This document shows, in pieces, positions 36,001 to 44,406 of a stretch of DNA of 64,000 nt. A program made the position numbers and the translations under genes. A model generated the notes under the pieces. The model was not told where the DNA came from. It searched no databases and was given only the letters and a program-made list of their open reading frames with translations. The stretch is from Mobula hypostoma (lineage: Eukaryota). The stretch's first letter is position 1. Each line of letters begins with the position of its first letter. The stretch lies in assembly GCF_963921235.1 (NCBI RefSeq), contig NC_086097.1:17980001-18044000 (forward strand), written 5' to 3'.

Positions 36001-38693
36001 AAAACAAGACGAATGGTACCAAATGAGGATCTATCATTAGAACATTCTAATCCCACACAAATTGAAAAGGTGGATTTATCTGAAATTGTTGAATCCTAAT
36101 GGCGGTAAAATGCCAAAACAAACTGGCTTTCCTTAAAACAAGAGGTCAAAGACTTGGGTTAGACTTGAGAATCCTTGTGCAGAACACCCTGAAGGTTAAC
36201 TTGCAGGTTGAGTCAGTGGTGAGGAAGGCAGATGCAATGTTAGCATTCATTTCAAGAGATCTAGAATACAAGAGCAGGGATATGATGCTGAGGCTTTATA
36301 AGGGACTGATGAGGCCTCACCTTGAGTATGGTAAATAGTTTTGGGCCCCTTGTCATAGAAAAGATGTGCTGGCATTGGACAGGGTCCAGAGGAAGTTCAC
36401 AAGGATGATTCAAGGAATGAAAAAATTATCATACAGGGCCCATTTGATGGCTCTGGGTCTGTACTCACTGGAATTCAGAAGGATGAGGGGGGATCTCATT
36501 GAAACCTTTTGAATGTTGAAAGGCCTAGACAGAGTAGATGTGGAAAGGATGTTTCCCACAGTGGGAGAGTCTAGGACAAGAGGGCACAGCCTCAGGATAG
36601 AAGGACACCCTTTCAAAACCAATGCAGAGAAATTTCTTTAGCCAAAGGGTGGTGAATTTGTGGAATTTGTTGCCACATGCAGCTGGTTGTTGGGTGTATT
36701 TAAGGCAGAGATTTATAGGTTCTTGATTGGACATGGCATCAAAGGTTACAGGGAGAAGGCTGAGAACTGGGGTTCAGGAGGAGAAAAAAAAGGATCAGCC
36801 AGGATTGAAATATCAAGCAGACTCGATGGGCCAGATGGCCTAATTCTATTCCTGTGTCTTACGGTCAGAACAGGAGAGGGACACAGCCCACTGACTGGAC
36901 TTTGCACCTTTTTGCTGTGAAGTTCCCAAGTGTACCAGGTTCCTCCCACACCCCAACGACATACTGGCAGGTTAGCTGGGCTCTGTAAACTGCCTGGTGT
37001 GGGCGGGTGGCAGGAGAAGCAGGGGAAGTTGATGGGCATCGAGATAGATTTCTTTACAAGCAAATATGTGGGGAATAGGACTCATAAGATTGGTCTCAGA
37101 GACAGCATGGACTTGAGCTGAGTGGCCTTCCTCGCAAGCTCCTGGCAAACCGGACAGAGGGATTTCTACACATTCAGACCCCGCTCAAAGGCGAGGATGA
37201 GTCCCTCAGGGGTGGGGCAGTATGTAAATCAGCGATATGCAGGGTCATTATAACATTATGTAAATGAACATGTGTGCCCGATTAAAAGAATCAAAGTGAG
37301 ATACATCATATATTATTTTATGTATACACAGTAATTCGCGGAGCAAATAGGTCAAACTTGTACAGCCGTGGAGCAGCAGCAGCAACGGGGGGAAGCGGGT
37401 GGTGATCACATCTTAGAGGGGGGGCCAGGCTGAAGGTCCTCCTCTAACTCTCTGGCTCCTTCTTCAAGTATTTGTTGAGATTTGACTGCCCTTTCTTAAG
37501 TTTCCTCTCATGAATCAGTTCTTGGTAGCAGGAAATGATGTTGAGAACACCTTTCTTTGCCTTATTGCTCCGCTCCCAGTCAGGGTTATTATCGATGAAT
37601 CCACGACTTGCGCGATCGCGGTGAAGCCAGTGCTGAAGAATATTGTGGTGAGGTGTCCTGCTGGCGTTTCCTCTTCTCCATCCGTGCCCTCAGATTCATC
37701 CAGGATACGTTGCTCTGCCAATTCTCGAAGCTCTTCATTATTAAGGCACTCCCCATGAGAAGCTGATAGGGTGGGAGAGGGAAGGCAACAATACTAACCT
37801 TATTGTAGGTGGGAAAGGAAGTGGCTGTGGACGTGCAGAAAATGGAACAATGTCTTAAAACTGCCAGCTGTAGAGGAAACTATCTCCGGTTAACACCACT
37901 AATATCACTCCTATTCTAGGGTCTCCACCCGAAACAATTTCTTCACCCCCACTCGCCATAGATACTGCTCCACTCGCGGAGTTCCTCCCACACTCCAGAT
38001 TCCAGCATTTTTGCAGTCTCGTACGTCTATCTCCCAAGTACTGATGTGAAACAAACGTTACATCAAATTAGTCAAAATGACGAAGAATGAACTAGAATCT
38101 GTACAAATGCGACTCAGTGCCAATTAATTGTTTTGAACAAGTCTGTTATCAGCAGTAACTCCATAAAGAAACATTTGTCTGGAGCCCACTCAGTCTGCAT
38201 CACATGAAAGTGAATCACACACACCATCACCCCGCCGATCCACCACAGGAAAGTTAGCGTTCTTCTCATCCTTTATGCACGCTAAAGGTAATGGCAATAA
38301 CTACAGAGAGCACCCGACATGCCATTTCAATCCTATTATTAAAGTAGAGACCGGTCGAATCAGCCAGCACACTCTCGCACCGTATTCAGTGGGTGGCCCG
38401 CGTTTACTCTTGTCTTCCTGGAAATTAAAGAGAGGGGCGCAAAGTCCAGATGAAGCATTTTAATTTCACCGGTAAATAAAACACATGCGGTTAATAAACT
38501 TTTCAAGAGAACCGGAAGGGAGTGAAACTCTGTAAGTTTGGTGGGAGCACGGGAAGCAAATCACCATACCAAAAGTTTTCACCAGGTCCCACCACTCACC
38601 GCAGTCCATGAACTTCACCGGGTCAGCAGCCGACAGGGCCCATAAGCCCAGGAAGACGAGCAGACCAGCAAACACACAACACCCGCGCTCCAT
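18005..38693 (-). CDS. NPC2: NPC intracellular cholesterol transporter 2, paralogue A; spliced CDS join(38693-38600,30393-30286,23837-23665,18091-18005), 153 aa
   Basis: Four GT-AG exons of 94+108+173+87=462 nt with compatible phases 1,1,0. Translation: [153 protein letters not shown]. Signal peptide, six ML-domain cysteines and the NVT sequon are present, colinear with mammalian NPC2. Confidence 0.95.
18416..18451 (-). ncRNA. Minimal type I hammerhead ribozyme in PLE pseudo-LTR
   Basis: AGUC-CUGACGA-AGG(GUCUCGG)CCU-GAA-ACGU-C^GACU: intact core, stem I AGUC/GACU, stem II AGG/CCU, palindromic ACGU stem III, GUC cleavage triplet. Confidence 0.8.
18747..20465 (-). CDS. Penelope-like RT/GIY-YIG polyprotein, N-terminally truncated (~570 aa open)
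   Basis: ORF 18747..20528; the first ~21 codons are flanking intron sequence, and the element-derived part has no stop or frameshift. Confidence 0.8.
   Translation of the reverse strand, partial: TSSYLPLDRDPTKEHQAIVSHTINDFIRSGDLPSTATNLIVPTPRTSRFYLLPKIHKPACPGRPIVSACSCPTELVSAYLDTVLSPLVQSLPTYVRDTSHALKLFDDFKFPGPHRFIFTLDVQSLYTSIPHQEGLKALRFFLDSRPNQFPSTTTLLRLAELVLTLNNFSFCSSHFLQTKGVAMGTRMGPSYACLFVGFVEQSMFRAYSGICPPLFLRYIDDCIGAAPCTHAELVDFINFASNFHPALKFTWSISDTSLPFLDLSVSVSGDSLSTDVYYKPTDSHNYLDYSSSHPVSCKNAIPFSQFLRLRRICSQDEAFHSRTREMSSFFKERGFPSSTINSALKRISPISRTSALTPSSHHPTRNRVPLVLTYHPTSLRVQHIILRNFRHLQRDPTTKHIFPSPPLSAFRRDRSLHNSLVHSSPPSLPTDLPPGTYPCKRNKCYTCPYTSSLTTIQGPKQSFQVRHHFTCESTGVIYCVRCSRCGLLYIGETRRRLGDRFAEHLRSVRQRKQDLPVATHFNSTSHSHSDMSIHGLLYCKDEATLRLEEQHLIFRMGSLQPDGMNIDFSNFR
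21436..22322 (-). mobile_element. CR1 LINE 3' end
   Basis: Reverse complement of the CR1 3' regions at 5100-5990 and 58740-60120. Confidence 0.82.
23665..23837 (-). CDS. NPC2: NPC2-A exon 3
   Basis: ctttcag acceptor, 173 nt, ...[15 protein letters not shown]...[11 protein letters not shown]...EEYPS, GTAAGT donor. Confidence 0.95.
24486..26962 (-). mobile_element. Tc1/mariner DNA transposon with long (~200 bp) TIRs, degenerate
   Basis: TA|CAGTTGCAAGAAAAAGTCTGAACCCTTTGCA ... TGCAAAGAGTTCATAAACTTTTTCGCAACGG|TA; transposase motifs [16 protein letters not shown] and [11 protein letters not shown]. Confidence 0.85.
24743..25671 (-). mobile_element. Rex1/Babar LINE 3' part nested in the Tc1 element
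   Basis: [50 protein letters not shown]; internal deletions; AATAAA + CTATGA-type tail. Confidence 0.88.
27290..27850. repeat. Probable interspersed repeat (RTE-UTR-like non-autonomous element); family not established
   Basis: GC-richer block with sharp edges in an AT-rich intron; pattern recognition only. Confidence 0.35.
28220..29412 (+). mobile_element. Penelope-like element, 5'-truncated (thumb/linker + GIY-YIG + pseudo-LTR); in NPC2-A intron 2, antisense
   Basis: ORF 28184..29035 is nearly identical to the C-terminal half of the 18747 ORF; 13-bp TSD ATCAAACCCTGAT at 28207-28219 and 29413-29425. Confidence 0.93.
29315..29350 (+). ncRNA. Minimal type I hammerhead ribozyme
   Basis: AGTC CTGACGA AGG GTCTTGG CCT GAAACGTC GACT; differs from the other copies by one loop II base. 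Confidence 0.78.
29500..29950 (+). mobile_element. Rex1/L2-type LINE 3' fragment (same family as 61165-61947)
   Basis: KAASI...[28 protein letters not shown] remnants. Confidence 0.75.
30286..30393 (-). CDS. NPC2: NPC2-A exon 2
   Basis: ttgtttcag acceptor, 108 nt, (G)[41 protein letters not shown] donor; the correct frame is absent from the ORF track. Confidence 0.93.
31040..33250 (+). mobile_element. RTE (BovB-like) LINE, 5'-truncated and frameshifted; NPC2-A intron 1, antisense
   Basis: [17 protein letters not shown] (APE end); [49 protein letters not shown]; (TGAA)n tail; TSD TTCCGTA at 31033-31039 and 33251-33257. Confidence 0.92.
34158..34371 (+). mobile_element. tRNA-Arg(TCG)-derived SINE, probably RTE-mobilised
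   Basis: Head GCCGGCT...AGCCGGC acceptor-like stem, A box TGGCATAGTGG, GACTTCGGA anticodon loop, B-box variant ATTCAAATCC; (TTC)n tail; 14-bp TSD TATATTTACTAATT at 34144-34157 and 34372-34385. Confidence 0.85.
36160..36865 (+). mobile_element. CR1 LINE 3' end
   Basis: [32 protein letters not shown]; homologous to 5310-5990. Confidence 0.85.
37480..37770 (-). mobile_element. Possible Tigger/pogo transposase C-terminal remnant
   Basis: [19 protein letters not shown]..acidic stretch resembles Tigger C-termini; a similar weak remnant (NFERTTKV) lies at ~23050-23195. Confidence 0.4.
38600..38693 (-). CDS. NPC2: NPC2-A exon 1 (signal peptide + DPVKFMDCG)
   Basis: ATG at 38693; donor G|GTGAGT at 38600/38599; phase 1. 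Confidence 0.93.
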
Positions 38694-38774
38694 GTCCTTT
38701 CCCTATCCGGCCGAGTCAAGGCAAGGAGCAACAGCGGATCCAACTCCGAGGCCTCATATGACTCCGCTGCCCCC

Positions 38775-39010
38775 ACCTCACCCAATCTTGTCCAGAGCTT
38801 TCTCCGCCTCACCCAATCCTGTCCAGAGCTTTCTCCGCCTCACCCAATCCTGTCCAGAGATTTCTCCGCCTCACCCAATCCTGTCCTGAGCTTTCTCCGC
38901 TTCAGCCAATCCCGATGCAAATCCTTTCGAATTTCATCCAATCCCGATTTGGGATTCGCCTACTTCACCCAATCCCGACACGGACTCCTTCCCTCCTCGC
39001 CCAATCCTGA
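38775..39010. promoter_or_regulatory. 31-bp minisatellite / array of eight phased CCAAT boxes upstream of NPC2-A
   Basis: Unit CACCCAATCCTGTCCAGAGCTTTCTCCGCCT; CCAAT starts at 38782, 38813, 38844, 38875, 38906, 38938, 38969, 39001. Confidence 0.8.
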
Positions 39011-39044
39011 CGCGGGCTCCTCCTTCGCTTCCAGTTCCTCATTC

Positions 39045-39420
39045 TCAGGGAGGAGGAGCTGTACTTCTGGATATTTTCCAACCTAATGGCATGGAAATCA
39101 CTTCTCCTTTCGGTAATGCTCTCCTCTCCTTTATTTCGCCACTTTGTTCTCTAGCTGTTCTCCTCCCCTACCGCCTCATCCTTCCAATGTTCCACTCTCC
39201 TCTCCTATCAGATTCCTTCCACTCAGCCTTTCACTCAGCCTTTTCCACCTATCACCTCCCGGCTTCTATTTGAATGCCTCTCGCCTGACTTCACCTACCA
39301 CCTCTAGCTTGTCCTCCTTCCCTTCCCCTGCAGTCCCGAAGAAGCATCTTGGCTCGAAACAACTGTTCACTCACTTCTATAGTTGCTGAGTTCCTCCAGC
39401 ATGTTGTGGGTGTTGCTGTG
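39045..39420 (+). mobile_element. Old degenerate Penelope 3' end + pseudo-LTR
   Basis: Remnant QPNGMEI...FR* resembles the C-terminus [13 protein letters not shown]; followed by a pyrimidine-rich tract, a decayed hammerhead (cagtcccgaagaagcatcttggctcgaaac) and the standard tail. Confidence 0.6.
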
Positions 39421-39711
39421 AAACATTTTAACTGTTTCCCCTACCCACTGATGTGCCTCCATCCACTGAGCGTTTCTATAATTTTATCACCCGTATCCCC
39501 AGTTTAAATATTACGCCCCCTGTCACCGATTTCTCCCCTACCCCATCCTCCCTACCACCGGGCTTGGAGGCTGCTCCAATGTAATAACCTCACAAATGAT
39601 TGTGTGGCTTGTTGATTATTGTAAGCAAATATGATAGCATATCTTTAATTTTACATAGGAATGGAAATATCACATTAATTAAAAGCCAATAGATTTGTGT
39701 AAATATGCCCT

Positions 39712-41370
39712 TAGACGTAAGAGCAGAATTAGGCCATTCAGCCAATTGAGTCTGCTCCACCATTCCATCATGACTGATTTATTTCCCCCCAGCCCCATTT
39801 TCCTGCTTTCTCCCTATAACCTTTGACACGCTGAATTATCACCCTCCACTTTAAATATGGTCAATGATGGCCTCCACAGCCATCCGTGGCAACAAATTTC
39901 ACAGCTTCACCACCCACTTACTACAGCAATTCCTCATCTCTGTTCTAAAAGGAAATCTTCATGAACTGATTCTATGCCTTCTGATCCTAAACTTGCCAAC
40001 TATTGGGAATGTTCCACTCTATCTAGGCCTTTTAATATTCAGTAAGTTTCAATGAGATCCTCACATTCTCCCAATCTTCAGTGAGTATAGGCACAGAGCC
40101 ATCAAACTCTTCTCATACATTAACCCTTTCATTCCTAGGATCATCCTCTGGATACTCTCCAATACCAGCAGATCCTTTCTTAGAGATAGGGTCCCAAAAA
40201 GAGCTCACAATATTCAAAATATGACCTTATAAAATCTCAGCATTACATCCTTGCTTCTATATTCTAGTCCTCTGACTTGCTTTCCTTACTACTAACACAA
40301 TCTGAAAGTTAAACTTTAGGGAACCTTGCACTAGGACTCCAAAGCCCCTATGCATCTCCAATTTCTCAATTCACTCACATTTAATGGTTTACACTTTTAT
40401 TCCTTCTACCAAAGTACACGATAAATCACTTTCCTGCACAGTATTCCATCTACTGGCTCTTTGCCCATTCTCCTAATCTGTCAGAGTCCCACAGACTGCT
40501 TTCCTCAACACTGTCTGCCCCATAACCATCTTCACATCATCTGCAAACTTGGCTACAGAGTCGTTAATTCTATCCAGATTATTAACATATAAAAAATAGT
40601 GGACCCAACACCAACCCCTGTAGAAAACCACTAGTCACTGGAAGACAAACCAGATAAGACTCACTTTATTCCCACCCTCTGCTCTCTGCCAGTCAGTCAG
40701 AGCTAGTACCTTTCCTGTAATATTATAGGCTCTTACAGTATCTTGCTCAGCAGCCTCATGTGCAGCAGCTTGTCAAAAGCCTTCTGAAAAAACCAACAGT
40801 ATCCAATGTCTCTTCCGCCTGTTATTTCCTCAAAGAATTCCAACGGATTTGTCAGATAAGATTTCTCCTCAAGGAAACCATGCTGACTTCAGCCTATTTT
40901 GTCATGTGCTTCAAAGTACCCTGAAACTTAACCCTTAATAATGTAAAATCTTCCCAACCACTGAGGGCTGACTAACTGGACTATAATTTACTTTCTTGTG
41001 CCTCTCTCCATTCTTAAAGACTGGAGTGACATTTGCAATTTTCCAGCCCACTGGAACCATTCCAGAACCTAGTGATTCTTGAAAGATGACTACTAATGTC
41101 TCCAACAATCTTTTCAGCTGCCCCTTTCAGAACCCTGGGTGACTTATCTACCCTCAGACCTTTCAGCTTCCCCAGCACTTCCTCCTGTAATAGCACTCAC
41201 TTCTGTCCACTGACATGCTTGTATTTCTGGCATGCTGCTGGTGCCTTCGCAGTGAAGACTGATGCAAAATACCTTAGTTTTACTGCCATTTCGTTGTTCT
41301 CCATGACCAACCAGCATCACTTTCCATCTGTTCAATGTCTACTTTTGCTTCTTACTCTTTAAACAGATCT
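39712..41370 (-). mobile_element. CR1 LINE RT/3' part, degenerate (plus a small + strand CR1 piece at 41385-41685)
   Basis: VLGKLKGLRVDKSP..; reverse complement of the CR1 3' UTR at 39715-39900. Confidence 0.82.
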
Positions 41371-42324
41371 GGGGGAAAAATCCTCATGTACGATTCCCTG
41401 AAGATTAACTGACAGGTTGAGATGATGGTAAGGAGGGAAAATGCGATGTCAGTATTCGTTTCTAGAGGACTATAATAGAAAAGCAAAACTGTAATACTGA
41501 GGCTTCATTAGGCGCTTGTGAAGCCTCACTTGGCGTATTGTGGGCAGTTTTTGACCCCTTATCCCCCCCAAAAAAGGTTGTGCTGACTTTGGAGAGGGTT
41601 GAGAGGATGTTCACAAGAATGATTCTGGTTATTGTATGAGGAGCATTTGATGGCTCTGGACCTGTACTCATTGGAATTTAAAAGGTGTTATTAATGATGT
41701 TTTTAGTCATGTTGTTGCCTTTTGAGCTACTAGTAAGCTATCACCCAGCTTCATTAGTGCCAGCTTAAACAAGTTCATAGGGTGGATTTTGTCCATCAAG
41801 AGACACTATGGAGATCATTTTGCCTTTGTGTGACAACCCTAGGAGAAATGCAGGGAGCAGAACTGTTATATCTTTGGTAGCATTTTACAACCTCATTAAA
41901 TCTTGATTACATCAAACAGGAGGAAGTAGTGAACTTTCCATAATTCAACAACGTGTACAAATTCATTTCCCTCTGACCACAAGTTCGTGCCAATTCATGC
42001 TACCATTAAACAAGTACACATCACAGCCAGTTGCACTGCTGCCTGCTGTTACAAAGCTGCATCAGTGAGAAAGATTACCATGTGTGGAAATGCTTCACCT
42101 CACCTCCTCCAACAATTTTTCTAATTAACTGGAACAAATCTACGGGGCTAATGGAAGGAAAACTTTAAGACTTGTCACCTCCTCCACAACATACAGTAAA
42201 CAAGGTCCTCCACCAACTGCTGCTACTATACAAAGCCTCTGACAATGTTTCATGGAGAGACCCCGGAAGAGTGAACCACTCCCATTTCTCAGGAGCCAAC
42301 TCTCAAAAGCAGACTTTGCTGAAA

Positions 42325-42525
42325 TTCTGAGAAATTCAGCAGGTCAGGAAGCATCTGTAGAGGAATAAACAGTTGACGTTTCAAGCACAGACCCTTTATC
42401 ATGACTGATGAAGGATCTTGGCCTGAAACATTGATAGTTTCCTCTCCATAGGTGCTGACTGATATCTTGAGTTCCTCCAGCATCTTAAGTGTTGCTCTGG
42501 ATTTCCAGTACCTGTAGAATCTCTA
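42325..42525. repeat. Old degenerate inverted PLE-tail dimer joined at the hammerhead
   Basis: cagttgacgtttcaagcacagaccctttatca-tga-ctgatgaaggatcttggcctgaaacattga, with mirrored gcagcatct/ctgctgagttcctccagc-type tails. Confidence 0.65.
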
Positions 42526-43594
42526 TGTTTCGGCATTGCTGAAATTCAATTATTTTTAGTACATGAACAATGTCCTTTGTACACTGAAGATAAAGGACCA
42601 AGATCGCCCAGGACTTGTGTTCTATGAATTGGCAGTGATTCCTGCCCTCCATTACATTTCCTGGATTTGGACTACTGACAATAGGTGCCTCAAAGCACTA
42701 GCAAGAAGATACTGATCTCCCTGTGATATCCTCCAAATCCATTAGAAACACAAGTGAACCGGTATTGCCCCAGAAGCCAAGTTGCACTGTGCTAGCTCTG
42801 TTAGGCAGGTGTCATTGTTTGCCTCTCAAAAGAAACACACTTCCAAGCCTAGGAAAAGACTACCTCAGAGGGAGGAAAGGATTCAAGGATGTGGTCAAAG
42901 CTTCCTTCGGTTAAAAAAAAATTGCACTATGCCACAGGCTGCAGGGTACTTCTGATCACGACTGTTGTTGCATGAAAGTAGTCATGGTGGGGGAGTACTG
43001 GTAGTTATGAAGCAGCCTCTGTACTTGACAAAGCAGCATCAAATGGAGACCCTTTTGGTGGAAAAAGATCTGCATCGTCCACACTATTCAACATTTTATG
43101 CGCCAAAGATCAAAGAAAAATTCAGGACAATTCAAGCAAATCCATATTTACAATGGTTTATTTAAACCCTACACCACTTTCACACTTTCCTCCTTCGTAC
43201 CCATACTACAGACACACAAACAACGCATTTAAGTCAGCATTGTCTGGTTTTCCAATTAACTGTGATGTCTTCCAATTAGCTTAGTTCTTAGGAACCCATT
43301 GTTCAGAGTTGCACTTCAGATTTAATCTTCAATGCATATTCGGATCTGAAGGTTGGTCACTGACGTCAATATTCACTTTATGCCCTAACCCCAAAAATAC
43401 CCCAACAATGACCGTGCTGCAGAGGATAGCAAGATTAATATACCACCTCAAACTGCCCACTTACCCATCCTGTTAAGGCTGCCCCAATGGCTCAATGCCA
43501 AGACCCAAAGAACCAAAATGAAAGCCACCCATCTTTCCTGATAGATCTCCCATTAAGAACCTCAGACATTAAAAATTCACATTCATCTGCAATT

Positions 43595-44113
43595 CATAGT
43601 CATAGTAGTCATAATCATACTTTATTGATCCTGGGGGAAATTGGTTTTCATTACAGTTGCACCGAAAATAATTAAATAGTAATAAAACCATAAATAATTA
43701 AATAGTAATATGTGAATTATGCCAGGAAATAAATCCAGGACCAGCCTATTGGCTCAGGGTATCTGATCCTCCAAGGGAGAAGTTGTAAAGTTTGATGGCC
43801 ACAGGCAGGAATGACTTCCTATGACGCTCTGTGCTGCATCTCGGTGGAATGAGTCTCTGGCTGAATGTACTCCTGTGCCCAACCAGTACATTATGTAGTG
43901 GATGGGAGACATTGTCCAAGATGGCATGCAACTTGGACAGCATCCTCTTTTCAGACACCATCGTCAGAGAGTCCAGTTCCATCCCCACAACATCACTGGC
44001 CTTACAAATGAGTTTGTTGATTCTGGTGGTGTCTGCTACCCTCAGCCTGCTGCCCCAGCACACAACAGCAAACATGATCGCACTGGCCACCACAGACTTG
44101 TAGAACGTCCTCA
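43595..44113 (-). mobile_element. Rex1/Babar LINE 3' fragment directly behind the NPC2-B poly(A) hexamer
   Basis: [37 protein letters not shown]; same family as 24743-25671 and the tail at 63848-63980. Confidence 0.88.
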
Positions 44114-44119
44114 TTTATT
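44114..44119 (-). terminator. Candidate polyadenylation signal (AATAAA) of NPC2-B
   Basis: AATAAA ~200 nt after the stop; directly abuts a LINE insertion. Confidence 0.5.
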
Positions 44120-44319
44120 GATCCATTCAATTGTTTACAAAAGGCAATAGTGGGACAAATCATTGTTTAGAAATGCATGTTCAAAACTTACAAATTTAAG
44201 TAAATGTTATTTGCATTAATTTGGCTTAGTCCTTAAATAAATAGGTGATAGAAACTTCTTGGTTACATGGATAAAAGGACATGGATACTGTTGTAGCAGT
44301 AAGGAATACAGAACCTAAT

Positions 44320-44406
44320 TTAATTGGAAATCTGTACAGGGATCCTGCAGCAAAAGAGGTCTCGATCAAGCTCATCCTTCAGCTCCCATTCAACCATCAA
44401 TTTAAT
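44320..44406 (-). CDS. NPC2: NPC2-B exon 4 (last coding exon)
   Basis: ttttcccag acceptor, [31 protein letters not shown]. Confidence 0.93.
   Translation of the reverse strand: MKLMVEWELKDELDRDLFCCRIPVQISN

Noticed and set aside
38775-39010. Regular ~31-bp repeats superficially like a CRISPR array
   Set aside because: Head-to-tail tandem units without unique spacers, in a eukaryotic gene context with no cas genes.
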